From NCBI GenBank assembly GCA_900551525.1, contig URWD01000003.1:1-56778 (forward strand): DNA of 56,778 nucleotides, written 5' to 3'. The notes beneath the pieces were generated by a model, which did not search any database, was not told the DNA's origin, and saw only the letters and a list, made by a program, of their open reading frames with translations. The position numbers and the translations under genes are program-made. The DNA comes from an uncultured Mycoplasmatota bacterium (GTDB lineage Bacteria; Bacillota_I; Bacilli_A; RF39; UBA660). Shown piece after piece: positions 36,220 through 48,585 of the stretch. How positions within the stretch are numbered: the first letter of the stretch is position 1; each line of letters begins with the position of its first letter.

Positions 36220-37318
36220 TTTGCACCTCTATATTATTATGTTTAGTTTTTAAAATTTTATTATATTCTTTTAATGTATAATCATCTGTCATACCTGCAA
36301 TATAATCAATTACTATTCTTTCGTTTGTATTTTTCTTATAATCATCACTCATATTACTTAGATAAGACTTAATTATATTGCTTTCTTTATTATTTGTTTT
36401 TAAATCTTCCATATATGTATCAAATAAAGTATTTATCATCGTTTTTAAAAGTTTTCTTTCTTCATTTGTATAAGCTTTATAATAGATATTTTTATAATTA
36501 AAATCTTTTAGATCACTTATAGCTTTGTATACATCTTCACTTAATTTAATATAGTTTTTTCCTTCACTGTTTTTAATTATATCATTTATAATAGTATTTA
36601 CGATTTCACTATTATTGCTTCCTAAAACTTTAGTTATATTTTCTGGTACATCTTCCCATTTTAAAAGATTCATTCTAATTGCATCATCTATGTCACGACC
36701 TAAGTATGCAATTAAATCACTAATTCTTACTACACAACCTTCCAAAGTCATCGGTGAAAGCTTTTTACATGCATCTTTATCTTTATAAGTACTTTCATAT
36801 TCTTTTAAAAATTCTTGCTTGCTTTTTTTGCATGGCTTATATATGCCTTCCACGATTTCTCCATTATGGCAAAGAATTGCATCTAACGTTTGGAGTGTTA
36901 TATTTTTACCATTACCATAATTTTCAATATTCATTAAAAGTCTAACACTGTGAACATTATGATTAAAATATCCACATCCATTTTTTAAACTTATTTCATT
37001 TAATATTGCTTCACCAACATGACCAAATGGTGTATGACCTAAATCGTGACCAAGTGCACCAGCTTCAATTAAATCTTCATTTAAACCTAATCTTCTACCT
37101 ATTGTTCTAGCTATTTTACTAACATATAAAACATGTATCATTCTTTTAGTTAAATGATCATTTTCTTTAAATGAAAATACTTGTGTTTTATCCATATATC
37201 TTGAAAATGCTAAAGAATATAGTATTTTATCTATATCTCTGAAAAAAGGTGTCCTAAAGTCACTTTCAATTTTTTCAAAATATATTGCTTCTTCATTTTT
37301 ACATGCGTATTCTTTCAT
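36209..37318 (-). CDS. HD-domain dNTP triphosphohydrolase-like protein (dGTPase family)
   Basis: RTPFFRDIDKILYS..F.R...KTQVF, HVLYVSKIAR, GHDLGHTPFGHVGE. Confidence 0.85.
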   Translation of the reverse strand: MKEYACKNEEAIYFEKIESDFRTPFFRDIDKILYSLAFSRYMDKTQVFSFKENDHLTKRMIHVLYVSKIARTIGRRLGLNEDLIEAGALGHDLGHTPFGHVGEAILNEISLKNGCGYFNHNVHSVRLLMNIENYGNGKNITLQTLDAILCHNGEIVEGIYKPCKKSKQEFLKEYESTYKDKDACKKLSPMTLEGCVVRISDLIAYLGRDIDDAIRMNLLKWEDVPENITKVLGSNNSEIVNTIINDIIKNSEGKNYIKLSEDVYKAISDLKDFNYKNIYYKAYTNEERKLLKTMINTLFDTYMEDLKTNNKESNIIKSYLSNMSDDYKKNTNERIVIDYIAGMTDDYTLKEYNKILKTKHNNIEVQNEI

Positions 37319-38112
37319 ATTTTACCTCCATCTTTATTTAGTTTATCTATAAAACCACAATGTTTACATAATGGTTCTACTAGTTTTCTTTCTTTAAAAC
37401 CTTTTAGCATATTTTGGCATCTATCACTATTTATTATGTCTTCTAAATTATTTTCAAAAATATTCCCTAAGTTTATATTACCATTTCCATCTAAACAGCA
37501 GGGAATAACTGTGCCATCAACTAAAATACCTATGTGATCTTTTAAAGCATAACACTTACCATTTGTTTTACAAATATTATTGTTTAAATCTGGCCAAGTA
37601 AATTCTTCGTCAAAATCTATGAATACATTTTCTTCAAGCTTTCTTGAGCCTTCAATTTTCACATTATATTTTTTCTCTAAAAGCTTTATTATTTCATCAT
37701 TTTTACCTGTCCATAATCTATAATTTATATAGGTATATTTCTTTAATTTATTCTCTACTTCAAATATATTCTCTAAATATTCTTCTTTTTTATTTTGATT
37801 ACTATGAAGCGATATATTTATTTGTCTTATGTTTTTATTATCTTTAATATTTTTTATTAAATACCCATTTGTGGTAATATTTACATAAAAATCTTTGCTT
37901 GCTTCATTAATAAATTCATTTATATATGGATGCAAAAGAGGTTCTCCGAGAATATGAAAATATAAATATTTAGTGTATCCTTTTAACTTACTTAAAATTA
38001 TTTTAAATTCATCCATTGACATAAATTTAGGTGTTCGTTTATTATGAATACAAAAACTACAATTAAGGTTACAATTATTAGTTATTTCTATATATACTTT
38101 TTTATATTTCAT
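37315..38112 (-). CDS. Radical SAM protein with a C-terminal SPASM/twitch-like Cys cluster
   Basis: CNLNCSFC (CxxxCxxC), GEPLLHP, ITTNG. The C-terminal Cys pattern is C..NGKCYAL...PCCLD...C......C.HCG. 265 aa. Confidence 0.85.
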   Translation of the reverse strand: MKYKKVYIEITNNCNLNCSFCIHNKRTPKFMSMDEFKIILSKLKGYTKYLYFHILGEPLLHPYINEFINEASKDFYVNITTNGYLIKNIKDNKNIRQINISLHSNQNKKEEYLENIFEVENKLKKYTYINYRLWTGKNDEIIKLLEKKYNVKIEGSRKLEENVFIDFDEEFTWPDLNNNICKTNGKCYALKDHIGILVDGTVIPCCLDGNGNINLGNIFENNLEDIINSDRCQNMLKGFKERKLVEPLCKHCGFIDKLNKDGGKI

Positions 38113-38324
38113 AGAAAGAATAATATATCTATTTTCTCCATTATTTCTTCATTAAATAAATTTGTTAACCTTAGTATTCTTATTGATAACGCTATTATAA
38201 AATATATACTTGCTATGCATAGTATTAAACCTATTACACCTTTAATTTTAAAAATTAATTCAATTATTAGAACAATTATACTGATAAATAACATAATACC
38301 ATATTTTTTTACATCTTCGTTCAT
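38109..38324 (-). CDS. Small two-TM membrane protein, first gene of the rSAM operon
   Basis: 71 aa, RBS AAGGAAGAGG, 4-nt ATGA overlap with the rSAM gene. Promoter-like TTTACA-17-TAAATT lies upstream. Confidence 0.65.
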   Translation of the reverse strand: MNEDVKKYGIMLFISIIVLIIELIFKIKGVIGLILCIASIYFIIALSIRILRLTNLFNEEIMEKIDILFFL

Positions 38325-38388
38325 ATTTACCTCTTCCTTGTAATTATTATTTTATACTAATTTATTACTTAAAGCAATATATGTAAAG

Positions 38389-38409
38389 AAAAAAAAGAGC
38401 TTAAGCTCT
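38389..38409 (-). terminator. Intrinsic terminator of the 38408-39232 gene
   Basis: AGAGC-TTAA-GCTCT followed by U8 on the minus strand. Confidence 0.65.
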
Positions 38410-39232
38410 ATTTTAATTCGTAAACTTCACCACTTACATCATCTAAAAGACTTGGTTTTTCATTTTGTTCTTCATTTATTAGTGGTTTTTGTTCTTTTTC
38501 ATCTTTTTTTAATGTTGGTAAATCCATTTCTTCATCATCATCTTCAATTATAAATGTCTTAATAAGGGGTTCAGTTTTTTCTTCTTTTTCTGGAAGTTTT
38601 GTTACTACTTCTTCTTCATTATTATTATTTTTATTTTCTTCTGTTTTGTTAACAAATACTGAACTAAATATTTGAGGACTTGGTTTAAATATTGGCTTTT
38701 CTTCTTTTGGTTCTTCTTTTACTTCCGGAATATCAATCTTGTCAAATTCATTTTTGATTGCTTCTAGGTTACTTAAGCCGCTTTCAAGTTGTTCATCTTT
38801 TTCATCTAATTTTATTTCTGGTAATTCACTAATACTAATTGGACTTTCTTCTTCCTCATGGTCACTAAATAATGGTTTGCTAACCTTTACTTCAACATTT
38901 TCTTTTGGAAGTTCAATTTCTTCTTCAGTATCTTCAAAACTTGGTTTAAATTCAGTAACTGTTACTTCTTCATTCACTGTTTCAATTGGTTTTATTTCTT
39001 CTTTTTCTTGTGGTTTTGTTTCTTCCTTAACTTCAAGTTTAGCTGGAGCTTCCTCTTCTTTTTTGAATGTATCTAACTCTATTTTTTGTAATCTTTTTGT
39101 TTCTTCTAATTTTTCATCCTTTTTACCAAAGAAAAATACTATCACAAAAAGTATGATTAAAATTACTAGAGCTATTGTTAAATACAAAGTAAAATTATCA
39201 TTTTGATATAATTCATAAATGAAATCTTTCAT
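38408..39232 (-). CDS. Membrane-anchored Glu/Lys/Pro-rich low-complexity protein
   Basis: Start at the ATG at 39232 (MKDFIYELYQ..) with RBS AAGAGGTG. An N-terminal TM segment is followed by a highly acidic repetitive sequence. Confidence 0.6.
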   Translation of the reverse strand: MKDFIYELYQNDNFTLYLTIALVILIILFVIVFFFGKKDEKLEETKRLQKIELDTFKKEEEAPAKLEVKEETKPQEKEEIKPIETVNEEVTVTEFKPSFEDTEEEIELPKENVEVKVSKPLFSDHEEEESPISISELPEIKLDEKDEQLESGLSNLEAIKNEFDKIDIPEVKEEPKEEKPIFKPSPQIFSSVFVNKTEENKNNNNEEEVVTKLPEKEEKTEPLIKTFIIEDDDEEMDLPTLKKDEKEQKPLINEEQNEKPSLLDDVSGEVYELK

Positions 39233-39344
39233 AATAAATTGCACCTCTTTATTCTTATATATTAAATATTATCAAAATATTACTAAAATGTAAATATGTT
39301 TTCAAAAATTTTACAATTATTTCGCTTAATTTATATGATTTTAT

Positions 39345-39371
39345 AAAAGGTGCCCCAGTGGGGCACCTTTT
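39345..39371 (-). terminator. Third of three tandem hairpin terminators (GC-rich palindrome)
   Basis: AAAAGGTGCCCC-AGT-GGGGCACCTTTT, symmetric with U/A tracts on both sides. Confidence 0.65.
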
Positions 39372-39381
39372 GAAATTAACT

Positions 39382-39412
39382 AAAAAAACAAGACTTACAC
39401 TGTGCAAGTCTT
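39382..39412 (-). terminator. Second tandem terminator
   Basis: Minus strand AAGACTTGCAC / GTGTAAGTCTT imperfect hairpin followed by GU8. Confidence 0.7.
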
Positions 39413-39469
39413 ATTTGAATATTACTCCTCAATATATTTTAGATAAATTAATACTAGGGTTATATCGAA

Positions 39470-39510
39470 GAAAAAATCATGTACATAAGTAATACTCGTA
39501 GTACATGATT
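39470..39510 (-). terminator. First terminator after the YihY-family gene
   Basis: AATCATGTAC / GTACATGATT 10-bp stem with a 16-nt loop, followed by UUUUCUU on the minus strand. Confidence 0.55.
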
Positions 39511-39520
39511 ATATTATTCT

Positions 39521-40375
39521 CTATTTTACTGGATTTATAGTTCCAGTTTTTTCTAATTCTATTTCTTCTTTGCGATAATTAAGGGCCATACCTATTGTAA
39601 AAGCATAGGCAAGAAGATAAAACCAAAACATTAAAATAACTATGTTTGCTAGTCCTCCGTAAAAGGTTGAATAATGAGCTAAATTATTTATATAGTATGA
39701 ATAAATATATGTAATAATTACCCATGAAAATGTCGTAAATAAAGCTCCATATCCAACATTTTTACTTCTTACCTTTTTATTTGGGGCCATCGTATAAAGT
39801 ATTTTAATAAAGAAATACATTATAAGCCAAGTAATTGGTCCTTGCAAGAAAGTTATTATCATTGATACATTATCTGTTACATTACTATTTAAATCAACAA
39901 ATTTAAATAATTCTATTATTTTAGTACCAAAAACTGGCACTATTAACATGAATATAAATAGTAAAACTAATACAAATGTCATTATTAATGCTTTTAATCT
40001 TCTTCTAAAAAAACCTTCTTGTTTTTCACCATAAATAGTATTTGATGTAATAATGATTGATGCTGGTCCATTTGATGCTATAAAGTAACCTACGATAACT
40101 ACTAGAAAGAAACCAATTCCTTTTTCACTACTTGATGTTGTTGCAAGAAGCATACTTGCTATATCACTGGAAAAGGCTGAACCTATAAAATCATATATTA
40201 CATCAGTTGATAAGTTAAGAAGTGCTGCTTCATAACTTATCAGTGTAATAGTTGGCACAATAGCTAGAACAAAGAAGTAAGCTAGTTGACCTGGCAATAT
40301 TGCCATCTCAGGTTTAAATAAAACTTTTTTAAAGTTTTCATAAAACTCTTTTAGTTCTAGTTTAAGCTTCTTCAT
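39521..40375 (-). CDS. YihY/BrkB family membrane protein
   Basis: PGQLAYFFVLAIVPTI.. and a 6-TM pattern typical of the family. 14-nt overlap with the upstream gene. Confidence 0.8.
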   Translation of the reverse strand: MKKLKLELKEFYENFKKVLFKPEMAILPGQLAYFFVLAIVPTITLISYEAALLNLSTDVIYDFIGSAFSSDIASMLLATTSSSEKGIGFFLVVIVGYFIASNGPASIIITSNTIYGEKQEGFFRRRLKALIMTFVLVLLFIFMLIVPVFGTKIIELFKFVDLNSNVTDNVSMIITFLQGPITWLIMYFFIKILYTMAPNKKVRSKNVGYGALFTTFSWVIITYIYSYYINNLAHYSTFYGGLANIVILMFWFYLLAYAFTIGMALNYRKEEIELEKTGTINPVK

Positions 40376-42377
40376 TGCTATTATTGTCCTTGTTTTTCTT
40401 CATGTCTTCCACGGCTTCATTTAAAGCATCTTCAATAGTTTTGATATCATCAAGTATCATACTATATCCAAATTCTGCTCCGAATTCATATGGAAGCTTT
40501 TTAATTTCTTTGTTTAATTTAAAGATATAATTACTTACTTGTTTTTGGCTATAACCCACTAGATAAATTACAAACTCATTACCATCAGTACGCATTACTT
40601 CACTATTGTCAAGTTGAGTCTTAACAAGTATATTAGCTAAAGCTTTAATTTGTTTATCTCCTTCATTATATCCGTATAAATCATTTATTTCTTGAATTTT
40701 ATTTAAATCAACAACTACGATTGTTTGAGGATAAATTGTATTGTTATTCCATGTTTCTATGTTTTCATTTAAGAAATTTCTATTTTTTAAGCTAGTTAAT
40801 TGATCAATAAATTTCATTTTATCATCTTTTTTGATTTTTCTAGCAATAGTTATTTTCTTACTCTTTTTGAAAACTACAAGAATTATAACTGCTACTAAAA
40901 TAACTACATATAGAATATACTCAGCAATTTTAGTTATCATTCCTCCACTTTTTACTGTTTCGGCATGATTTAAAAGGCCTTCAATAACCATTTCATTTTC
41001 ATCAGATATATCTATATACTTATTTAAAAGTTTATATAGAGCACTATTTGTTTTAACTTTAAATGTGTAATTATTTAAAATATAGTCAGTATATCTAGTA
41101 CTATAATTATCTAGTTTGTTTTCACTATAATAATCAAATGTATTTTTATCTATTATTAAATTAACATTCTTTTTATTTAATTTAAATAATTCTTTGGCAC
41201 TACTAAATGTTTTTACATCAATGCCTTCGATAGTTTTTACATAATCATATATTTTACTATTTTCTTGAACATAAACAGTTTCACCAATTAAAGAATTAAT
41301 TGATTTAATAACAGTGTTATTACTCTTTGGAAGTGCTATAACATATTCAATATTAAGTCCACTTGTTTGATAAAATTCATCTGTGAAATTATAGTAATTA
41401 AAGTATAAATCTACTTCATTATTTTTTATAGCTTTTGTAAACTTATTGAAGTTTTTATATTTAGCAAAATTAAATTCAACACCAGCAAAATTGCTAAATT
41501 TACTTAAGTAAACTGCTACGATACCACCATATTTTCCACCCATTATTACTTCATAAGGAGAAGCGTTAACAAAGCCATAATTATATGTTACACTTTGCAT
41601 ACTATCTACTTCAGTATCTGTTATATTCATATTTTGAGTAAATGATTTAAATAAATTCTTATTGTAAACATCATCAAATTTATTTTCCCACTTATTATAA
41701 TATTTTGTTAAAATACTAGATAGTTTGTCATCAGTAACACTTAATGTAAAATATTTTTTGATATCACTAAAATGATATACAATTTTATAATCTTTACTTA
41801 AATAAACATCTAAATATTCCATTAAAGGAACAAGCATATAATTTCCTTCACCATTCATATTTTCAATTAGTTCATCGCGTGACTCAAATTGAGTAAAAGA
41901 TACATTAGTTGCTTTTTTAATATATTTTGATACATAACTTAAATCAGATGATAAAATACCTATTGTTTTGCCATTTAAGTTTTCTTCACTTGCTACTAAA
42001 TCACTTGTTTTACTAATTAAAACATAGTGGTCAGTATAAAAAACTATATCATTATCATTAGTACTTGTTTTTTCATTAAAAGTAATTCCACTTGGATTAT
42101 TACCAACATTAAATGTTATGGGATTGATAGTAAGTTCATATTCTTTTTCAAAACTATCAATAAAGTCATAGAAAACTCCACTTCCATCTTTACCAAAGAC
42201 ATTAACATTATTAATAACATTAATATTTTGAATTGTACCTATACTTTCATTAACCCAGTTTCTTTCTGCTACTGTTAGTTTATTTTTATCATTTAGTAAT
42301 GTATATAGAAGTATTGCTGTAACAGCTACAACTAAAATACTGATAATTATAATAATTAAACTCTTCTTTTTTTTCAT
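40362..42377 (-). CDS. Membrane sensor protein: extracytoplasmic substrate-binding-like region between two TM segments, plus a degenerate GGDEF domain
   Basis: C-terminus LTSLKNRNFL...VVDLNKIQEINDLYGYNEGDKQIK...MRTDGNEFVIYL. The active-site GGDEF is replaced by DGNEF and GH by GY. Confidence 0.7.
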   Translation of the reverse strand: MKKKKSLIIIIISILVVAVTAILLYTLLNDKNKLTVAERNWVNESIGTIQNINVINNVNVFGKDGSGVFYDFIDSFEKEYELTINPITFNVGNNPSGITFNEKTSTNDNDIVFYTDHYVLISKTSDLVASEENLNGKTIGILSSDLSYVSKYIKKATNVSFTQFESRDELIENMNGEGNYMLVPLMEYLDVYLSKDYKIVYHFSDIKKYFTLSVTDDKLSSILTKYYNKWENKFDDVYNKNLFKSFTQNMNITDTEVDSMQSVTYNYGFVNASPYEVIMGGKYGGIVAVYLSKFSNFAGVEFNFAKYKNFNKFTKAIKNNEVDLYFNYYNFTDEFYQTSGLNIEYVIALPKSNNTVIKSINSLIGETVYVQENSKIYDYVKTIEGIDVKTFSSAKELFKLNKKNVNLIIDKNTFDYYSENKLDNYSTRYTDYILNNYTFKVKTNSALYKLLNKYIDISDENEMVIEGLLNHAETVKSGGMITKIAEYILYVVILVAVIILVVFKKSKKITIARKIKKDDKMKFIDQLTSLKNRNFLNENIETWNNNTIYPQTIVVVDLNKIQEINDLYGYNEGDKQIKALANILVKTQLDNSEVMRTDGNEFVIYLVGYSQKQVSNYIFKLNKEIKKLPYEFGAEFGYSMILDDIKTIEDALNEAVEDMKKNKDNNSNEEA

Positions 42378-42865
42378 TATTCTTCACTTTCTAGTGGGGT
42401 ATTATTGTTCCAGATAAGTCCAGAACCTGCCACATTTTTAGCTCCGAGAATTGTAAATCCTTCACTATTTTCGCTTTTTTCACACTTTAATGTAAAATCA
42501 ATATCATAAAATGACAATATATCTTCATTTAGTTTTTCTATACTAGATGCTGCCAAATTCTTTGCATCTTCAAGTGATGTATCTGATGCAAAATTAATAA
42601 TAATATAAATTATTTTACCTTTAGTATCTATACTTACTTTGGTAACACTTTTTTCACTTTCTAAACTTGTTTTATATTCACTTTTTATGTTGTTTGTAAC
42701 TGGATGTTTATCAATACCATTAAGACGGTCTCCATAAACTCCTTTATTTCCTCCTAAAAAGAAAGAAAATGTTACTGTAATAATAGCGATTAAGCATATT
42801 ATTAATATTATTCCAAGTACGATAAGTACTTTGTTATTCCCCCATAATTCTTTCAATTTTTTCAT
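42377..42865 (-). CDS. Hypothetical membrane-anchored protein (162 aa)
   Basis: N-terminal TM segment. One-nt overlap with the downstream gene. Confidence 0.55.
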   Translation of the reverse strand: MKKLKELWGNNKVLIVLGIILIICLIAIITVTFSFFLGGNKGVYGDRLNGIDKHPVTNNIKSEYKTSLESEKSVTKVSIDTKGKIIYIIINFASDTSLEDAKNLAASSIEKLNEDILSFYDIDFTLKCEKSENSEGFTILGAKNVAGSGLIWNNNTPLESEE

Positions 42866-42903
42866 TTTTCACCTCTTCAAGTAATATTAATTATACTATG
42901 TAT

Positions 42904-45783
<2,880 letters not shown>

Positions 45784-45787
<4 letters not shown>

Positions 45788-47871
45788 TTTCCTATCCTCC
45801 TTAAACCTTGATAATTATTTAAAAATTTCTTTATACCAAATCTTTTATCAAAAGCAACTGTTACAAATCTTTCATCATTATCTACAACGACACCTTTACC
45901 AAATGATGCATGCATAACAATTTCTCCATGTTTGTAATCAATTCTTTCTCCTTCATAAAAGTTAGTTTTATTAAATACTTTAGTTTCAGGTTTGCTTTCT
46001 TCTTTTTCGATTAAATTACCATCTATTTCTGCAATAAATCTTGATGGTGGGTTCATATTAGTATTACCAAATAGCATTCTTCTTTTGGCATTAGTAATAT
46101 AAAGCCTTTCTTTAGCTCTAGTTATACCAACATAACAAAGTCTTCTTTCTTCTTCAAGTTCACTTTCCTCATTTAGACTCATTGAATGAGGCATTATTCC
46201 TTCTTCCATACCAATTAAGAATACCACTTTAAATTCAAGTCCCTTAGCAGCATGCATTGTCATTAAAGTAACGGCATTATCAAGAGTTTGATGTTCTGAA
46301 GAATCCGCCACGATACTTATATCTTCCAAAAAGTCTTCAAGATTTACTGTACCTGTTTCTTTTTGATAATTTTCTGTAATACTCTTAAATTCCATTAAGT
46401 TTTCAAGTCTTATATCAGCTTCCAAAGTATGTTCTTTTTCAAGTTCTTCCTTCATGCCAGATTTTTCAAGCACAACATCAATTAGTTCTGTTAAATCTAA
46501 ATCTTTTGCATCTTCAGTAAGTTCTAAAATTAATTTTTTAAATTCAACTTCTTTTGGTTTAGATAAACACTTAAACATACATTCATTATTATCTCTTGCT
46601 AAACTTCTTAAATTATTAATTGATGTATCTCCGATACCTCTTTTTGGTACATTTATAACTCTTTCTAGAGAAACATCATCTTGATGATTAGAAATAAGCC
46701 TTAAATAACAAAGTAAATCTTTAATTTCTTTTCTTTTGTAGAAATAATAACTACCAACTACTCTATATGGCCAATTTACTTTTAATATAGCATCTTCTAC
46801 ATTTCTTGATTGAGCATTGGTTCTATAAAGGATAGCAAAATCATTGTAATCATAACCTTCATCAAGAAGTTTTTTTATTTCGTCTATGACAAGTTTTACT
46901 TCATCTTTTTCGTCATTACCTCTGAAATACTTTATTTTAACTCCATCACCAAAAGTACTATATAAATTTACTTCTTTTCTTTCAACATTATTTTTTATAA
47001 CACTATTTGCAGCATTTAAAATGGTATTTGTACTGCGATAATTTTGATTTAAAGTAATACTTTTACTATCTGGATAGTCTTTTTCAAAATTAAGGATATT
47101 TTTATAATTTGACCATCTAAAACCATATATACTTTGGTTAACATCTCCGACTACAAAAAGATTACGATATTTACTTGCAAGTAGTTTAACTAATTTATAT
47201 TGTACTTCATTTGTATCTTGGTATTCATCTATTAAAATATATCTATATTTTTCTTGATATTTATCTAGTATATCATCATTTTGCATAAATAGTTCAACTG
47301 GTCTTTTTAATAAATCATCAAAATCTACAGCATTATTTCTCTTTAATACCTTTTCATATTCACGATATACTTTAACTGCCACTTTTTCTGGGGGACTATT
47401 TAAATATTTATCAACTTCACTTTCACTTAACATTTCATTTTTAATAAAACTAATTTTATTTCTTATATAGCTTACACTATATTCTTTCGTACTTATATCA
47501 AGTTCTTTCATTATCTTTTTTATAACACTTGAAACATCATCGCTATCAATTATAGTAAAATTGCTTGTTAATCCTAATTTTTCTGTATTTTCTCTGATAA
47601 CTCGAAGTCCAAAAGAGTGAAATGTACCCACAAAAGCATAGTTATTTTCAACCATGTTACTTATTCTATCACGCATTTCTTTTGCAGCTTTATTTGTAAA
47701 TGTTATAGCTAAAATATTTCCAGAATAAATGCCATCATTTATCATATTTGCTATTCTAGTTGTTAAAACTTTTGTTTTTCCAGAACCAGCACCCGCTAAA
47801 ACGAGACATGGTCCTTCTTTATGTAAAACTGCTTCTTTTTGTTCTTTATTTAATCCATCTAACATGTTCAT
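45784..47871 (-). CDS. pcrA: ATP-dependent DNA helicase PcrA (UvrD family)
   Basis: AGAGSGKT, DEYQDTN, and the full set of SF1 motifs. RBS GGAGG precedes the ATG at 47871 (MNMLDGLNKEQ). Confidence 0.95.
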
Positions 47872-47920
47872 GTAATCCTCCATATGTATATAAATATTAT
47901 AACATTTTATAGATTATAAT

Positions 47921-47949
47921 AAAAGAAAAAATGGACTTTTTAGTCCATT
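47921..47949 (-). terminator. Intrinsic terminator of the 47940-48374 gene
   Basis: AATGGACT-AAAA-AGTCCATT followed by UUUUCUUUU on the minus strand. It overlaps the stop codon. Confidence 0.7.
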
Positions 47950-48374
47950 AAATCTTTTGCATCACAATCTTCACTAAATGGAGAAAGTAAACAAGTTGTA
48001 CATGTTTCGTAATCTTGCGTTGCTTCTTTTGTGCCCCTTACTAAACTTAAAGCTGCATCAAGTAATGTTGGTATCATAAATATTAAGATGCCAAGTATGA
48101 ATTTATTAACTAAACTGTTAGCAGCTACCATAATTGATTTTTCATCTTTTGAAATTGCTGCTTTTCCAAATTCAATAGAACCTAAAACTATTATAATAAC
48201 AGGAACTAATATTTTGATAATGTAAAGTATGTATCCAATCACTTGAAAAACTTTTAATGTGCCACTATTGCTACTGCAAATATCAACTGGTGTAATTTCA
48301 AGGTCATCAGCAAATGTAATACTTGGTGTAAATAAAACAGTAAATAGACTTAAATATTTAATAAATTTCTTCAT
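47940..48374 (-). CDS. Small secreted two-TM protein with VirB2/TrbC-pilin-like topology and a Cys-rich acidic tail
   Basis: ATG at 48374 with RBS AAGAGGGA. A signal peptide is followed by two long hydrophobic helices separated by a short charged loop (GKAAISKDEKS). The tail reads ..YETCTTCLLSPFSEDCDAKDLMD. Confidence 0.45.
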   Translation of the reverse strand: MKKFIKYLSLFTVLFTPSITFADDLEITPVDICSSNSGTLKVFQVIGYILYIIKILVPVIIIVLGSIEFGKAAISKDEKSIMVAANSLVNKFILGILIFMIPTLLDAALSLVRGTKEATQDYETCTTCLLSPFSEDCDAKDLMD

Positions 48375-48585
48375 TATAAAATCCCTCTTCAAAAAATTTA
48401 GATTTATAATACCATATTTTTACAAAAACTACAAGAAAAATAATAGTTCATTTCCCATTGTTTATCAAGATTTATGTCATAAATTTTAAAAAGAAGATTG
48501 ATTTCTAAATATCTTTAAACTTAGTCCTAGCAAAAATTTTTTTGCATTTTTTTGCATGGTTTTACCATTTATTCAAAACTTTATG

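Noticed and set aside
38739-39206. 155-aa Ser-rich plus-strand ORF
   Set aside because: It is the antisense shadow of the Glu/Lys-rich 38408-39232 gene (GAA/AAA codons read as TTC/TTT/Ser-rich). It has no RBS.
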